Source: Paludibacter sp. (lineage in GTDB: Bacteria > Bacteroidota > Bacteroidia > Bacteroidales > Paludibacteraceae). Taken from it: DNA of 64,000 nt. Positions 28,081 to 39,267 of this stretch are shown here, one piece after another (positions within the stretch are counted from its first letter, which is position 1; each line of letters opens with the position of its first letter). A program made the translations under genes and the position numbers. The stretch spans positions 25,202 through 89,201 of the forward strand of contig JAVFAG010000001.1 in the NCBI GenBank assembly GCA_034002585.1. The letters run 5' to 3'. A model generated the notes under the pieces. It made no database searches. It was not told the DNA's origin and saw only the letters and a list, made by a program, of their open reading frames with translations.

Positions 28081-30573
28081 TTACTTTTTTACGAAACGGT
28101 AGGTCTGAGTTTCACCAGTCTGGCTTTCTGCCCGGATCATGTATACACCGGGCATCCAATCATGTAACTGAATCCGGAGTTCCTCACCGGAATGTAATCC
28201 CGAGTGCCAAACCTGCTTTCCTTCCATGGAATAAACCGATACCGACTGCAGAATTGTTGGTGTGGAAACCCGTATCTCATCCACTGCCGGATTGGGGTAC
28301 ACACTGAACCGGGTCTTGCTTTCGACAACAGGAACAGCGGTACCTGCATTGTTCACCAGGGTAAACGGAATGAGGGAGTACTGAGTAGGTTGGAATTGCT
28401 GCCATCCGTTATTTTGGTAGTATAATGCAATCCGGTAATTTCCAACTTCCTGCTGGATATTTCCGTTAAAATATACAACAACAGTTTCATTTGTATCAAA
28501 TATTCCATCCTGATAGCCGATATAACCAATGGATGAACCCGCAGACATTGTAAACAGAAAAGCGATGATCTTACCCTCAAATAATCCCCCGGTATTGGTA
28601 ATGCTGGCACGAAGTGAAGCATTTTCTTTTGGAACAGAACTGTTATCAGGAAATGCAATTATTTCGGTCAATGCAAGAACAGGAGCTGTAACGGGCGTAG
28701 CCTGCACATTGATTTTCACCGAATCTCCAAGATTAGCATAACCCGGAGCATAGGCATTATTTAAATCGTCAATCATCACTTTCATCCAGTACTCACCGGG
28801 TGTAAGATTTACTGTACCAGTGATTACCAGCGTATCAGCCTCCCCGTTTTTAAGATTTAGCATCTCAGCAGCAGTTTCAAACACATCGCCCGTTGTGACC
28901 GGGCTCAGTTTTACTTTTACAAACGAAAGGTATTCCAGTCCGTCGTTACGAACAGCGATGCTAAAGCGGCCGGTTTTAGCCTGATAAACATTTCCAACGG
29001 TTTTCAACTCCTGTAGTGCTAACAGATGCTTTTCGGGGGAAGGATAGGAAAGAGTAATACTGGATGCAGTAACCGCAACATTGATATAATCTGGAAAACC
29101 GGTACGAACAGGAATGAAATCCCAGGTTTGTTGACCGGTATTACGAATGATGGGATGAAGCTGGTAATTTCCGGCAGGTACATTTGTCGGAATTGTTAAG
29201 GCAGTCATTGACAGATTATTCCAACCATAGTTTGTGTCCAGTGAGTTTTGCTGATATTGTTTCACGACGGTAACCAGATTACTGCCGTTGTACAACCCCA
29301 GCCCAAACTGAATTGCTACCGGCCAGATACCTCTGTTAAAAAGTTCATTGCAATTAATACTGAAAGTACCGGAACGTGTAATATTAGTCGCTGAAGTAAT
29401 CTCCATCTTTCTCATATACATCGAAAGACGCGGTGCATCCACTGCATCCGGACTATGAACCCCAATAGCAATATGTTGAAATGCATTGTAACCACCAATA
29501 CCCCCTCCTGTACCCAGAGCAGAAGGGTTCAGCGCAGTAACCAGAAAATAGCCATTGGAGAGCCCGCCCCAACCCCAGTTAAAATGAAAATAGCCATTCT
29601 GATCTACTCCATCGCAAACCCAGAGGTGCCCCGAATTATTTGAACTGGTACCACCATACAATACAGGACGTGAAGCATATAATTCGGTCAGCAGGTAGTT
29701 TTGCCACTGCTCGCGGGTAAAGAAATCGCGGTGTTTCAACTGTAAGTCCCTGTCATACCCGAAATGAGTATGAAGAGCACGGGCCATATTAAGAAAAGTG
29801 GCAGAACTCTCGGTATTGTAATCCATTTCCACCGCAACACCTGCATGGTACATCAGCGTTGCTACGGCTGTTTTTTGTGCCTCGGTACTCACAGAGCCAT
29901 ACGTTGCTGTCATATTATCCCAATCGTACGTAGTTTGCGAGAAATTGACTGTTAGCGGTATCTGCAAAGTAGTTGTTGTATAGGTTTTACTTCCAGTTCC
30001 CTGAACAGGCCAGCGGTGGTAACGCATCATCTGAGCCATACCGGTTGCGACACATCCCGTAACTGTACGATTGGTTGTGGAAGGAATGAGCGGACAAAGC
30101 TGGTTGTAGGGATTTCCCTGATCCCATTTAATCGCACCCAGCAATGGAGCAACTGCTTGTATACTGGCCTTCTCACTCACCTTTGCAACAGATAAACCGG
30201 AATTTCGAATCATTTTCAGCTCTTCTTCATACACCGAAAGCCAGTATTTCAGAGCAGGTGGTAGTTGACCTGCATCGAAACTATTTTTATCGGAATAAGC
30301 TAAAATGCCGGCGGTACGTTCATCGGCCGACACAACAATAAAGCCATTATTTTCATTTATCGTAAAAATATGAAAGCAGGGTTGCTGAGAATCAAACTGG
30401 TAGCTTACCGGAACCAAGGTCTCTTTACTCATTGGTGCACGTTGATGCACAGAGTTGGTTTTACTCAAGAAAGAAAGGGCAAGTTCCTGAGCCTGACGTA
30501 CATCTCTGTACTGAGCATTTAGAACTGTTAAAGCAACAAGGATTATCAGGAAAAGTGTACTGATTGATCTCAT
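28081..30573 (-). CDS. C10-family (SpeB/streptopain-like) cysteine protease with T9SS C-terminal sorting domain
   Basis: Signal peptide from ATG 30573; propeptide GFIVVSADER; WDQGNPYN, TGCVAT (Cys), SGHLWVCDG (His), HFNWGWGG; CTD VYPNPA..GVYMIR..RFVKK. Confidence 0.93.
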   Translation of the reverse strand: MRSISTLFLIILVALTVLNAQYRDVRQAQELALSFLSKTNSVHQRAPMSKETLVPVSYQFDSQQPCFHIFTINENNGFIVVSADERTAGILAYSDKNSFDAGQLPPALKYWLSVYEEELKMIRNSGLSVAKVSEKASIQAVAPLLGAIKWDQGNPYNQLCPLIPSTTNRTVTGCVATGMAQMMRYHRWPVQGTGSKTYTTTTLQIPLTVNFSQTTYDWDNMTATYGSVSTEAQKTAVATLMYHAGVAVEMDYNTESSATFLNMARALHTHFGYDRDLQLKHRDFFTREQWQNYLLTELYASRPVLYGGTSSNNSGHLWVCDGVDQNGYFHFNWGWGGLSNGYFLVTALNPSALGTGGGIGGYNAFQHIAIGVHSPDAVDAPRLSMYMRKMEITSATNITRSGTFSINCNELFNRGIWPVAIQFGLGLYNGSNLVTVVKQYQQNSLDTNYGWNNLSMTALTIPTNVPAGNYQLHPIIRNTGQQTWDFIPVRTGFPDYINVAVTASSITLSYPSPEKHLLALQELKTVGNVYQAKTGRFSIAVRNDGLEYLSFVKVKLSPVTTGDVFETAAEMLNLKNGEADTLVITGTVNLTPGEYWMKVMIDDLNNAYAPGYANLGDSVKINVQATPVTAPVLALTEIIAFPDNSSVPKENASLRASITNTGGLFEGKIIAFLFTMSAGSSIGYIGYQDGIFDTNETVVVYFNGNIQQEVGNYRIALYYQNNGWQQFQPTQYSLIPFTLVNNAGTAVPVVESKTRFSVYPNPAVDEIRVSTPTILQSVSVYSMEGKQVWHSGLHSGEELRIQLHDWMPGVYMIRAESQTGETQTYRFVKK

Positions 30574-30642
30574 GGAAGGTGAATTTATTAAATTGAACAA
30601 GAAAGGCTGGATAGTTGTCCGGCACATAAATGCTACACGCAA

Positions 30643-30650
30643 CAAAAATA
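30643..30650 (-). promoter_or_regulatory. Bacteroidota -7 box (TATTTTTG) for C10 protease
   Basis: TAnnTTTG on the minus strand, 70 nt above ATG 30573. Confidence 0.55.
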
Positions 30651-30724
30651 AAAAAATATTTTTTCAAATGACTAAAGTATCTTGTTTTTAACTTTACAAC
30701 CACTTCAAATCGTAAAATAAATAC

Positions 30725-30732
30725 TATATTTG
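30725..30732 (+). promoter_or_regulatory. Bacteroidota -7 box (TATATTTG) for glycogen synthase
   Basis: TAnnTTTG 17 nt upstream of ATG 30750. Confidence 0.65.
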
Positions 30733-30749
30733 CCGATTATTTTTACACT

Positions 30750-32396
30750 ATGGCAACTACTGAACAAGAGCCGGAATACATTTTTGAAAGCAGCTGGGAA
30801 GTCTGCAATATGGTGGGAGGCATTTACACCGTACTTTCCACCCGCGCCGCCACCTTGGTTGAGAAACATTCCGACAAACTAATTTTTATAGGACCCGATG
30901 TATGGGTCGAACACGCAAGTCCTTTTTTCATCGAAGATTCTACACTGTTAAGCGAATTACCTGTTTTTGTTACTGCAACCTATGGTCTCCACATCCGTGT
31001 GGGTCGGTGGAAGGTACCCGGAAATCCGATAGCTATCCTGGTGGATTTTTATCCTTTGTTGAACCAAAAAGATAAAATTTACGGAAAAGTATGGGAAACA
31101 GCTAAGGTTAATTCACTCGGAGCGTACGGCGACTACGACGAAGCTTCCATGTTTGGCTATGCAAGCGGTATGATTATCGAAGCGTACCTTAAATGTTATT
31201 CCATCGCTAAAACTACCCGCGTGGCAGCACATTTTAATGAATGGATGACCAGTTTTGGTTTATTTTACCTTCGGGCACATCAACCCGGGGTAGCCACGCT
31301 GTTTACCACCCATGCCACTTCCATCGGCCGCTCTATTGCCGGTAACCAGAAGCCGTTGTACAACTACCTGAGCGAGTACAATGGCGATCAGATGGCCGGA
31401 GAGCTTAATATGGTTTCGAAGCATTCAACTGAAAAGCAGGCTGCCCACCTGGCCGATTGCTTCACTACTGTAAGTAAAATTACAGCACTGGAATGCAGTC
31501 AATTACTGGATAAAGAGCCAGATATTATCACTCCGAATGGTTTTGAGGATGATTTTGTTCCAGGTGGAAAGGAGTTTATCCGACAGCGTACCGAAGCACG
31601 AAAACTATTACTAAAAGTGGCTGAAACGTTGATTGGAGAGTCGCTGCACGACGATGCCCTTTTGGTGGGAACTGCCGGAAGATATGAATATAAAAATAAG
31701 GGTCTGGATGTGTTTATTGAATCATTAAAACACCTCAACGATGATAGCACTACCAACCGACAGGTTGTGGCATTTATCATGGTACCTGCCTGGATCAGGG
31801 GGCACCGGGCTGATTTGGCGAACAGTCTTCAACACAATCATCCCTTACATGCCTACAACCGTATAAGCACGCACGAACTTCATGATTATCAAAGCGATCC
31901 TGTAACAGGAACACTGAACTGGTTTCACCTGCACAATCAACCAAACGACCGTGTTAAAGTAGTTTTTGTTCCTGCCTACCTGAATGGTAAAGACGGTATT
32001 TTCAATAAAAGTTACTACGAACTCCTTATAGGTCTGGACCTTACTGTTTTTGCTTCGTATTATGAACCCTGGGGTTATACACCCCTCGAAAGTGTTGCAT
32101 TCCACGTACCTACGATAACCACCGATCTTTCCGGATTCGGCGAATGGGTTTCAGATCAACCGCAACACGTACGAAACGGTGTAGGCATCATTCATCGTTC
32201 CGACTACAACAGTCATGAAGTGGCCATCGAACTGACAAAAATGATTAATGATTTTGCGGCAACAAACGAAGCCGAAACCCTTTCAATTCGTAAAAAAGCA
32301 GCTGCCATCGCCCGTAAAGCCCTCTGGAAACATTTTATTCATTATTACGGGAAAGCGTATTCCATTGCACTCGACAAAGCTCAAACCCGCATCTGA
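30750..32396 (+). CDS. Glycogen synthase, GT3 family
   Basis: FESSWEVCNMVGGIYTV, AHFNEWM, FTTHATSIGR, GRYEYKNKG, SYYEPWGYTPLE. Confidence 0.92.
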   Translation: MATTEQEPEYIFESSWEVCNMVGGIYTVLSTRAATLVEKHSDKLIFIGPDVWVEHASPFFIEDSTLLSELPVFVTATYGLHIRVGRWKVPGNPIAILVDFYPLLNQKDKIYGKVWETAKVNSLGAYGDYDEASMFGYASGMIIEAYLKCYSIAKTTRVAAHFNEWMTSFGLFYLRAHQPGVATLFTTHATSIGRSIAGNQKPLYNYLSEYNGDQMAGELNMVSKHSTEKQAAHLADCFTTVSKITALECSQLLDKEPDIITPNGFEDDFVPGGKEFIRQRTEARKLLLKVAETLIGESLHDDALLVGTAGRYEYKNKGLDVFIESLKHLNDDSTTNRQVVAFIMVPAWIRGHRADLANSLQHNHPLHAYNRISTHELHDYQSDPVTGTLNWFHLHNQPNDRVKVVFVPAYLNGKDGIFNKSYYELLIGLDLTVFASYYEPWGYTPLESVAFHVPTITTDLSGFGEWVSDQPQHVRNGVGIIHRSDYNSHEVAIELTKMINDFAATNEAETLSIRKKAAAIARKALWKHFIHYYGKAYSIALDKAQTRI

Positions 32397-32402
32397 AAAA
32401 GT

Positions 32403-32416
32403 ATGCAAACGTTTGT
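32403..32416. promoter_or_regulatory. Putative LacI-family operator upstream of glgP
   Basis: ATGCAAAC|GTTTGT: palindromic core CAAACGTTTG with central CG. Confidence 0.5.
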
Positions 32417-32470
32417 GTAACTTGCTGAAAAATATGTTGTAAAACATTATATTATATCAAAAAATGATTG

Positions 32471-32478
32471 TAACTTTG
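32471..32478 (+). promoter_or_regulatory. Bacteroidota -7 box (TAACTTTG) for glgP
   Basis: TAnnTTTG ~130 nt upstream of the glgP ATG. Confidence 0.65.
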
Positions 32479-32609
32479 CAAAGGTTACTTATATAACATG
32501 TTTTTAACTTAAGTAGTTTCTAAAAATCAATTATAGTACGCTTTTAGCCTAATAGGATAAAAAAGCGTGTTTTAAGATTAAAGGAAACGAACATAAAAAT
32601 TAGTTACAG

Positions 32610-35171
32610 ATGAAAATTAAAACAAATCATGTAAACGAAGCCGTTTGGAGAGAATTGAATGTTACTTCCAATCTCCCTGATGGTCTGAAGAAACTGGAAG
32701 AAATTGCACATAATATCTGGTGGGTATGGAACAGTGATGCTAAGCAAATGTTTCGCACCCTGAATCCCGAAGCCTGGAGAGAAGCTCACTCGAATCCTGT
32801 ACAGCTGCTGAACATACTTTCACACGAGCAATTGGTTGAACTGGCAAACGACAAGGAATTTGTCACCCGACTGGATGCTATATATCAAAATTTCCAAAAT
32901 TATATCCATACTCCTTATAATACTGAAAAACCATCGGTTGCTTATTTCAGTATGGAATATGGACTCACTGAAATTTTGAAAATCTATTCCGGAGGTCTGG
33001 GAGTATTGGCCGGTGATTACCTGAAAGAAGCCAGCGATTGTGCTGTCGACATGACCGCTATCGGATTTTTGTACCGTTATGGTTACTTTACACAATCCCT
33101 TTCGGTTGAAGGTCAACAGGTTGCCGTGTACGAACCGCAAAACTTCAACGCACTGCCTATCAAGCAAGTAAAGAATGCCAACGACGAACCCCTCGTGGTC
33201 GAAGTACCCTATCCCGACCGCATCGTTTATGCACACGTATGGAAAGTTTCGGTAGGACGTATTGCACTTTACCTGCTCGATACCGATCACGATATGAACA
33301 GTGAGTTTGATCGTGCCATTACACACCAGCTTTATGGTGGTGACTGGGAAAATCGACTCAAACAGGAAATCATGCTGGGTATCGGAGGTATTCTTACCCT
33401 GAAGAAACTGGGCATCGAAAAGCAGGTTTACCATTGCAATGAGGGACATGCTGCACTTATTAACGTACAACGTTTAGTTGACTACATCGCAGGTGGACTC
33501 AGCTTTAACCAGGCTATTGAAGTGGTGCGTGCCAGCTCTTTATATACAGTTCATACACCGGTACCTGCCGGACACGACAGTTTCGAAGAAGGACTTTTCC
33601 ATAAATACATGGCCGACTTCCCTGCAAAACTGCAACTCAGTTGGGATGAGTTTATGGACATGGGACGTGAACATCCCGGAAATAAAGAAGAAAAATTCTC
33701 GATGAGTGCCTTTGCCTGCAACGCCAGTCAGGAAGTAAACGGGGTGAGCTGGTTGCACGGAAAAGTATCGCAGGAAATGTTTAATCCTATCTGGAAAGGC
33801 TATTTCCCTGAAGAACTTCACGTTAGCTACGTCACCAATGGCGTTCACCTTCCTACCTGGACTGCCAGCGAATGGAAAAAAGTGTATGAAAAATATTTTT
33901 CGCCTGAATTCTACCAGGATCAGTCGAACATGAAAATATGGAAAGCGGTGTACGACATACCCGACCAGGTTATCTGGGACACCCGTATGTTTCTGAAGAA
34001 CCGACTGGTCGATTTCATTAAAGATCAGTTCCGCGACAACTGGCTAAAGAACCAGGGTGATCCTACACGTATTGTAAATATTCTGGAAGCCATCAATCCC
34101 AAAGCATTGATCATTGGATTCGGAAGACGTTTTGCCACTTACAAACGGGCGCACCTCCTGTTTACCGATCTGGAGCGCCTCGAACGAATTGTGAACAACC
34201 CACAACGTCCGGTTCAGTTTCTCTTTACCGGCAAGGCTCACCCGGCCGATGGTGCTGGTCAGGGATTAATCCTTCGCATCATTGAAATTTCGCGCATGCC
34301 GCAATTCCTGGGTAAGGTTATTTTCCTCGAAAACTACGATATGCGCCTTGCCAAAAGGTTGATATCCGGAGTTGATATCTGGTTGAACACGCCTACCCGA
34401 CCTTTGGAAGCATCGGGCACATCGGGCGAAAAAGCACAGATGAATGGAGTATTGAATTTCTCGGTACTCGATGGATGGTGGCTTGAAGGATATGTTAAAG
34501 GCGCTGGCTGGGCACTGACTGAAAAACAAACCTACGAGAATCATGAGCATCAGGATCAATTGGATGCAGCTACTTTATACAGTATGCTGGAAAATGAAAT
34601 TGTTCCAATGTATTTTGCCAAAAACACCAAGGGTTTCTCAGCCGAATGGATTCAGTACATTAAAAATTCGATTGCTCAGATTACGCCCCGTTTCACAACC
34701 AAGCGTATGATGGACGATTACATCAGTCGTTTCTATTCTAAACTGGCTAAACGAAGTGCTTACCTGAAAGAAAATAATTTTGCAAAAGCCCGCGAAATTG
34801 CGGCCTGGAAAGAAAATGTAGCCCAAAACTGGGATCAGATTGAGGTAGTTCATTTGAGCCATGTCGATCATGATACCCACGAGCCTCATGTAGGTCAGGG
34901 GACTACTGTTGAAGTGATTATCGACACCAAAGGAATGAGCAGCAAAGGAATCGGTGTGGAACTCGTTATTACACACCTCTTGAAAACCAACAAAGAGCAA
35001 CTTTATGATGTGGAGGAGCTGACATTGGTTCGTACCGAAGGTAGCCGCTTGTTTTTCAGTCTCGACTACGTAATGAATCGTGCCGGCAGTTTCCGGTATG
35101 CATTCCGTATGTTCCCAAAAAATGAAGACTTGCCGCACCGACAGGATTTCTGCTACGTACGCTGGTTATAA
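32610..35171 (+). CDS. glgP: Alpha-glucan (glycogen) phosphorylase
   Basis: [42 protein letters not shown] (PLP lysine), SVLDGWW. Confidence 0.96.
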   Translation: MKIKTNHVNEAVWRELNVTSNLPDGLKKLEEIAHNIWWVWNSDAKQMFRTLNPEAWREAHSNPVQLLNILSHEQLVELANDKEFVTRLDAIYQNFQNYIHTPYNTEKPSVAYFSMEYGLTEILKIYSGGLGVLAGDYLKEASDCAVDMTAIGFLYRYGYFTQSLSVEGQQVAVYEPQNFNALPIKQVKNANDEPLVVEVPYPDRIVYAHVWKVSVGRIALYLLDTDHDMNSEFDRAITHQLYGGDWENRLKQEIMLGIGGILTLKKLGIEKQVYHCNEGHAALINVQRLVDYIAGGLSFNQAIEVVRASSLYTVHTPVPAGHDSFEEGLFHKYMADFPAKLQLSWDEFMDMGREHPGNKEEKFSMSAFACNASQEVNGVSWLHGKVSQEMFNPIWKGYFPEELHVSYVTNGVHLPTWTASEWKKVYEKYFSPEFYQDQSNMKIWKAVYDIPDQVIWDTRMFLKNRLVDFIKDQFRDNWLKNQGDPTRIVNILEAINPKALIIGFGRRFATYKRAHLLFTDLERLERIVNNPQRPVQFLFTGKAHPADGAGQGLILRIIEISRMPQFLGKVIFLENYDMRLAKRLISGVDIWLNTPTRPLEASGTSGEKAQMNGVLNFSVLDGWWLEGYVKGAGWALTEKQTYENHEHQDQLDAATLYSMLENEIVPMYFAKNTKGFSAEWIQYIKNSIAQITPRFTTKRMMDDYISRFYSKLAKRSAYLKENNFAKAREIAAWKENVAQNWDQIEVVHLSHVDHDTHEPHVGQGTTVEVIIDTKGMSSKGIGVELVITHLLKTNKEQLYDVEELTLVRTEGSRLFFSLDYVMNRAGSFRYAFRMFPKNEDLPHRQDFCYVRWL

Positions 35172-35200
35172 TTGAAGCTCAATTAATAAAACCGTATTTT

Positions 35201-35251
35201 AAACGGTCACCCAAAAAGTTAGATAAGATAACTTTTGGGGTGACTGTTTTT
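35201..35251. terminator. Bidirectional intrinsic terminator between glgP and tgt
   Basis: aaacggtcacccaaaaagtt-loop-aacttttggggtgactgttttt long stem between convergent genes. Confidence 0.8.
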
Positions 35252-35261
35252 GTAAAAATTT

Positions 35262-36392
35262 TTACAACCTGCGGCTCACACGCGTAAGCATTTCCTTTTT
35301 CCAGGAAACAAAATCACCCGCAAGAATGTGTCGTCGTGCCTCCTTCACCAGCCATAAATAGAAAGCAAGATTGTGAATGGATGCTATTTGCATAGCCAGC
35401 AATTCCTTACTGATGAACAAATGGCGCAGATAAGCTCTTGTGTAGGAATAATCAACATACGAAGTTCCGTTGGGATCGAGCGGCGAAAAATCATTTTTCC
35501 ACTTTTCGTTACGCATATTCATAATCCCTTCGGAAGTAAACAACATGCCATTGCGACCGTTACGGGTTGGCATCACACAGTCGAACATATCCACACCCCG
35601 TTCGATACCTTCGAGGATATTTTCAGGAGTACCGACTCCCATCAGGTAGCGGGGCTTATCAGAAGGAAGGATTTCATTCACCACCTCAATCATTTCGTAC
35701 ATTTTTTCAGCCGGTTCACCCACTGCAAGTCCGCCTATAGCATTCCCTTCCCGTTGTTGTGAAGCTATAAACTCAGCCGACTGCCTGCGCAGATCGGGAT
35801 ACACACATCCCTGAACAATCGGGAAGAAAGTCTGTGAATAGCCGTACTTATCTTCTGTAGTATCGAAATGCTGCAAACCACGTGCGAGCCAACGGTGTGT
35901 AAGCTCCATCGACGTTTTAGCATAGGCATAGGGAGCGTCACCCGGCGTACATTCATCAAAGGCCATCATAATATCGGCACCGATGATTCGTTGAATATCC
36001 ACCACATTTTCGGGAGTAAAAAGGTGTTTACTGCCATCGATATGCGAACGAAAATGCGCACCTTCTTCTTTCAATTTCCGATTTGCTGAAAGTGAAAAAA
36101 CCTGATAACCACCACTATCGGTAAGTATCGGACGATTCCAGCCGTTGAATTTGTGCAGACCACCGGCTTGTTCCAGAATTTCAAGGCCCGGACGCAGGTA
36201 CAAATGATAAGTATTTCCCAGAATAATCTGAGCTTCGATATCCTCTTTTAATTCATGAAAATGTACTGCTTTAACCGAAGCCACAGTCCCTACAGGCATA
36301 AAAATCGGTGTTTCTATCGTACCATGATCGGTGGTAATTACTCCGGCACGGGCCCACGATGCGGAATCGGTATGTTGCAAGTCAAATTTCAT
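35262..36392 (-). CDS. tgt: Queuine tRNA-ribosyltransferase
   Basis: TPIFMPVGT, LGNTYHL, TDSGGYQVFS, GGLAVGE, MFDCVMPTRNGRNG; start set at MKFDLQ (36392). Confidence 0.96.
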   Translation of the reverse strand: MKFDLQHTDSASWARAGVITTDHGTIETPIFMPVGTVASVKAVHFHELKEDIEAQIILGNTYHLYLRPGLEILEQAGGLHKFNGWNRPILTDSGGYQVFSLSANRKLKEEGAHFRSHIDGSKHLFTPENVVDIQRIIGADIMMAFDECTPGDAPYAYAKTSMELTHRWLARGLQHFDTTEDKYGYSQTFFPIVQGCVYPDLRRQSAEFIASQQREGNAIGGLAVGEPAEKMYEMIEVVNEILPSDKPRYLMGVGTPENILEGIERGVDMFDCVMPTRNGRNGMLFTSEGIMNMRNEKWKNDFSPLDPNGTSYVDYSYTRAYLRHLFISKELLAMQIASIHNLAFYLWLVKEARRHILAGDFVSWKKEMLTRVSRRL

Positions 36393-36470
36393 TATGATAC
36401 TTTTTTTTTGCAAAAAACTACATCCCTGATGCTGATTTACACATTCAGGCATCCTGAAAATCTCAAAACA

Positions 36471-37073
36471 TTAAAGCTGATGGGTAGAAAAAATAAAATT
36501 GCGCAGCATTTGCTCCCCTGCATCGCCTGATTTTTCGGGGTGAAACTGAACAGCCATAAAATTATCCTTCCGGATTGCAGCGCTGTAGGGTAAACCATAA
36601 CCGGCAACGGCTATTGTATTCTCATTTAGCGGCACATAATACCCGTGCACAAAATACACATAGGTCGCTTCAGGGACTTTATCGAACAACGGAGATTGCA
36701 ACTGGCAGATTTCATTCCAACCAATCTGAGGCACCTTCAATCCTGTATTACCTTCGAACTGACGAACTGTAGCAGGAAAAATACCCATGCAAGGTGTATT
36801 ATTCTCTTCAGAAAACGAGCACATGAGCTGCATACCCAGGCAAATACCCAGCACCGGCTGTTTCAGCGAAGGTATCAATTTTTCAAGCCCTTTCTCCTGA
36901 AGATAAGCCATGGCCGAAGAAGCCTCTCCTACCCCCGGAAAAATAACGCGGTCGGCCGAGCGAATCAGCTCCGGATCGTCGGTAACCAGCGCATCCACCC
37001 CGATGCGTTCGAGGGCAAAAAGTACCGACCTGATATTACCGGCGTTGTACTTGATAATTACCGTACTGCTCAC
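36471..37073 (-). CDS. hisH: Imidazole glycerol phosphate synthase glutaminase subunit
   Basis: [44 protein letters not shown]. Confidence 0.92.
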   Translation of the reverse strand: MSSTVIIKYNAGNIRSVLFALERIGVDALVTDDPELIRSADRVIFPGVGEASSAMAYLQEKGLEKLIPSLKQPVLGICLGMQLMCSFSEENNTPCMGIFPATVRQFEGNTGLKVPQIGWNEICQLQSPLFDKVPEATYVYFVHGYYVPLNENTIAVAGYGLPYSAAIRKDNFMAVQFHPEKSGDAGEQMLRNFIFSTHQL

Positions 37074-37423
37074 TTTAGTAAACGATTGGTGGCTGTATCG
37101 GGAAACACCACAGCGGGTTTAAACACCTTCGCTTCCTCCAGGGTCATCATTGCATAGGCCATAATAATGATTACATCGCCGGGTTGAACCAGCCGTGCTG
37201 CAGCCCCATTGATACAAATCATTCCCGAACCACGCTCACCTGTAATTACATAGGTATCGAATCGCGCTCCGTTATTATTATTTACAATGGTTACCTTTTC
37301 GTTGGCAATAAGGTTAGCTGCATCCATCAGATCTTCATCGATGGTAATACTGCCGATGTAATTCAGATTAGCTTCCGTTACCGAAGGACGGTGAATCTTT
37401 GATTTTAAAACTGTTACGAACAT
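37070..37423 (-). CDS. panD: Aspartate 1-decarboxylase
   Basis: [14 protein letters not shown] autocleavage site, [15 protein letters not shown]. Confidence 0.96.
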   Translation of the reverse strand: MFVTVLKSKIHRPSVTEANLNYIGSITIDEDLMDAANLIANEKVTIVNNNNGARFDTYVITGERGSGMICINGAAARLVQPGDVIIIMAYAMMTLEEAKVFKPAVVFPDTATNRLLK

Positions 37424-38259
37424 TGTATAACATCAATTAACCTTACATCACCACAAAAAACAGCGATACATCCCACAGTAGGTTCATACCAGCTTTTTGC
37501 AGTCTGCAAAGTAGTAATATTGGCTATTTCAAAATACTCAAGTCTCAGACCTTCAATTGAATTGATCCGGGTTTCCACCCAGGATTTAACTTCGAAAGGC
37601 GACTTGTGGGGGACAAAGGTACGACATTCGAATAAAACTTTCGATATTCCCGATGCAATTTCGCGTTGTTGAGATGTTAAACGTTCGTTTCGGCTACTCA
37701 TGGCTAGTCCGGAAGGCTCTCTTACAATGGGACAGGCAACAATCTCGACTCCGGTTTGCAACACCGAATTCATACGACGGATGATGGCCAGTTGTTGAAA
37801 ATCCTTTTCCCCAAAATAGGCACAAGTGGGTTGAACAAGACTAAAGAGTTTACTTACCACCTGCACCACTCCGTTGAAATGACCCGGCCGGAAACGTCCT
37901 TCCATTACCTGGTCGAGACCTGCAAAATCAAATTCAAAGGGTTTGCTCAGTTCATCAGGAGTGTACATTGCCTCTACTTCCGGGGCAAATACCAAAGAGC
38001 AACCTGCCTCTTCCAACAACTCAGCATCACGGGAAAGGTTTCGCGGGTATTTTTCCAGGTCCGATTTATTGTTGAACTGGGTTGGATTCACAAAAACACT
38101 AACTACAGTAAAGTCATTTTCGCGAACCGAACGTTTCACCAGCGTAAGGTGACCTTCGTGAAGCGCTCCCATGGTAGGTACGAAACCAACTGTCCTTGTT
38201 TGATCCCGTAATGGTTGCAGGATCTCGTTCAACCCTACAACTGAAGTTACTAACTGCAT
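37414..38259 (-). CDS. panC: Pantoate-beta-alanine ligase
   Basis: [42 protein letters not shown]; start set at ATG 38259. Confidence 0.96.
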   Translation of the reverse strand: MQLVTSVVGLNEILQPLRDQTRTVGFVPTMGALHEGHLTLVKRSVRENDFTVVSVFVNPTQFNNKSDLEKYPRNLSRDAELLEEAGCSLVFAPEVEAMYTPDELSKPFEFDFAGLDQVMEGRFRPGHFNGVVQVVSKLFSLVQPTCAYFGEKDFQQLAIIRRMNSVLQTGVEIVACPIVREPSGLAMSSRNERLTSQQREIASGISKVLFECRTFVPHKSPFEVKSWVETRINSIEGLRLEYFEIANITTLQTAKSWYEPTVGCIAVFCGDVRLIDVIQCS

Positions 38260-38298
38260 GATTAGCCTGATTTGAATTAAACACTCAAAAAAAGAATG

Positions 38299-38365
38299 CA
38301 AAAATACAAAAACTTATCGGGATAGAAACACCCTGTGTTAAAATCAAAATTATTTCGTATCTTTG
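38299..38365. promoter_or_regulatory. Divergent Bacteroidota -7 boxes for panC (TATTTTTG, minus, 38299-38306) and glgA-like gene (TATCTTTG, plus, 38358-38365)
   Basis: Two TAnnTTTG matches in opposite orientation in the divergent spacer. Confidence 0.65.
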
Positions 38366-38387
38366 CAAGAGATTTCATATACATTGC

Positions 38388-39200
38388 ATGAAAAAAGTTA
38401 ACAAAGTACTTTACATTTCTCAGGAAATATTCCCTTACTTACCTTCATCACCGATTGCCGATATGGGCAGGTATTTGCCACAGGCCGTGCAGGACCGTGG
38501 ACGGGAAACCCGTACTTTCATGCCCAAATTCGGAGCCATAAACGAACGCCGCAATCAGCTTCACGAGGTCATCCGTCTTTCAGGAATGAACCTTATAATT
38601 GACGACACCGACCATCCACTGATTATTAAAGTAGCTTCGATACAAGCTGCGCGACTTCAGGTTTATTTTATTGACAACGAAGACTTTTTCCGCCGCAAGC
38701 ACACAATAGCCGACGACAATGGGATTGAGTACAGCGATAACGACGAACGTACCATTTTCTTTATCAGAGGAGTAATGGAAACTGTTAAGAAATTGCGATG
38801 GACTCCTGATGTGATACATTGCCTGGGTTGGATGACCGCACTGGCACCACTTTACATCAAAAAAGCCTATAATCAGGACCCGTTTTTCAAAAACTCTAAA
38901 GTAATCTATTCGCTTTTCAACGATGACTTTAAGCAGCCTTTCCGTAGTCTTTTTGCCGATAAACTTTTGCTCGATGGCATTAATGTGGCGGATGTGGCTC
39001 ATCTCAAAAAAAGCGATATCGATTTTGTAAAGTTGAACCAGCTGGCTATCGATTATGCCGATGGTGTGATTCAATCGGAGCCTGGGACCAACCCTCAGGT
39101 ACTCGACTATATTCGGAAAACCGGCAAGAAAATTCTCCCCTATCGTGAGGACGAAGACTATGTCGATGAATACGTCCGTTTCTACGACAGTGTTATATAA
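38388..39200 (+). CDS. Short glycogen/starch synthase-like protein (GT5 N-terminal domain only)
   Basis: SQEIFPY, RTFMPKFG, DNDERTIFF, PDVIHCLGW; only 270 aa. Confidence 0.8.
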   Translation: MKKVNKVLYISQEIFPYLPSSPIADMGRYLPQAVQDRGRETRTFMPKFGAINERRNQLHEVIRLSGMNLIIDDTDHPLIIKVASIQAARLQVYFIDNEDFFRRKHTIADDNGIEYSDNDERTIFFIRGVMETVKKLRWTPDVIHCLGWMTALAPLYIKKAYNQDPFFKNSKVIYSLFNDDFKQPFRSLFADKLLLDGINVADVAHLKKSDIDFVKLNQLAIDYADGVIQSEPGTNPQVLDYIRKTGKKILPYREDEDYVDEYVRFYDSVI

Positions 39201-39267
39201 TCCTCTCTAACTCTCAATCCGTCGCATACAGGTTTCAACCGACCGTCAGAAAACAAATTATCACCGT

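Noticed and set aside
36393-36470. Hairpin and AAAAAACTA tract upstream of tgt, suggesting a preQ1 riboswitch
   Set aside because: The A-rich tail is on the strand opposite to tgt transcription, and no matching P1 stem or loop is present on the coding strand.
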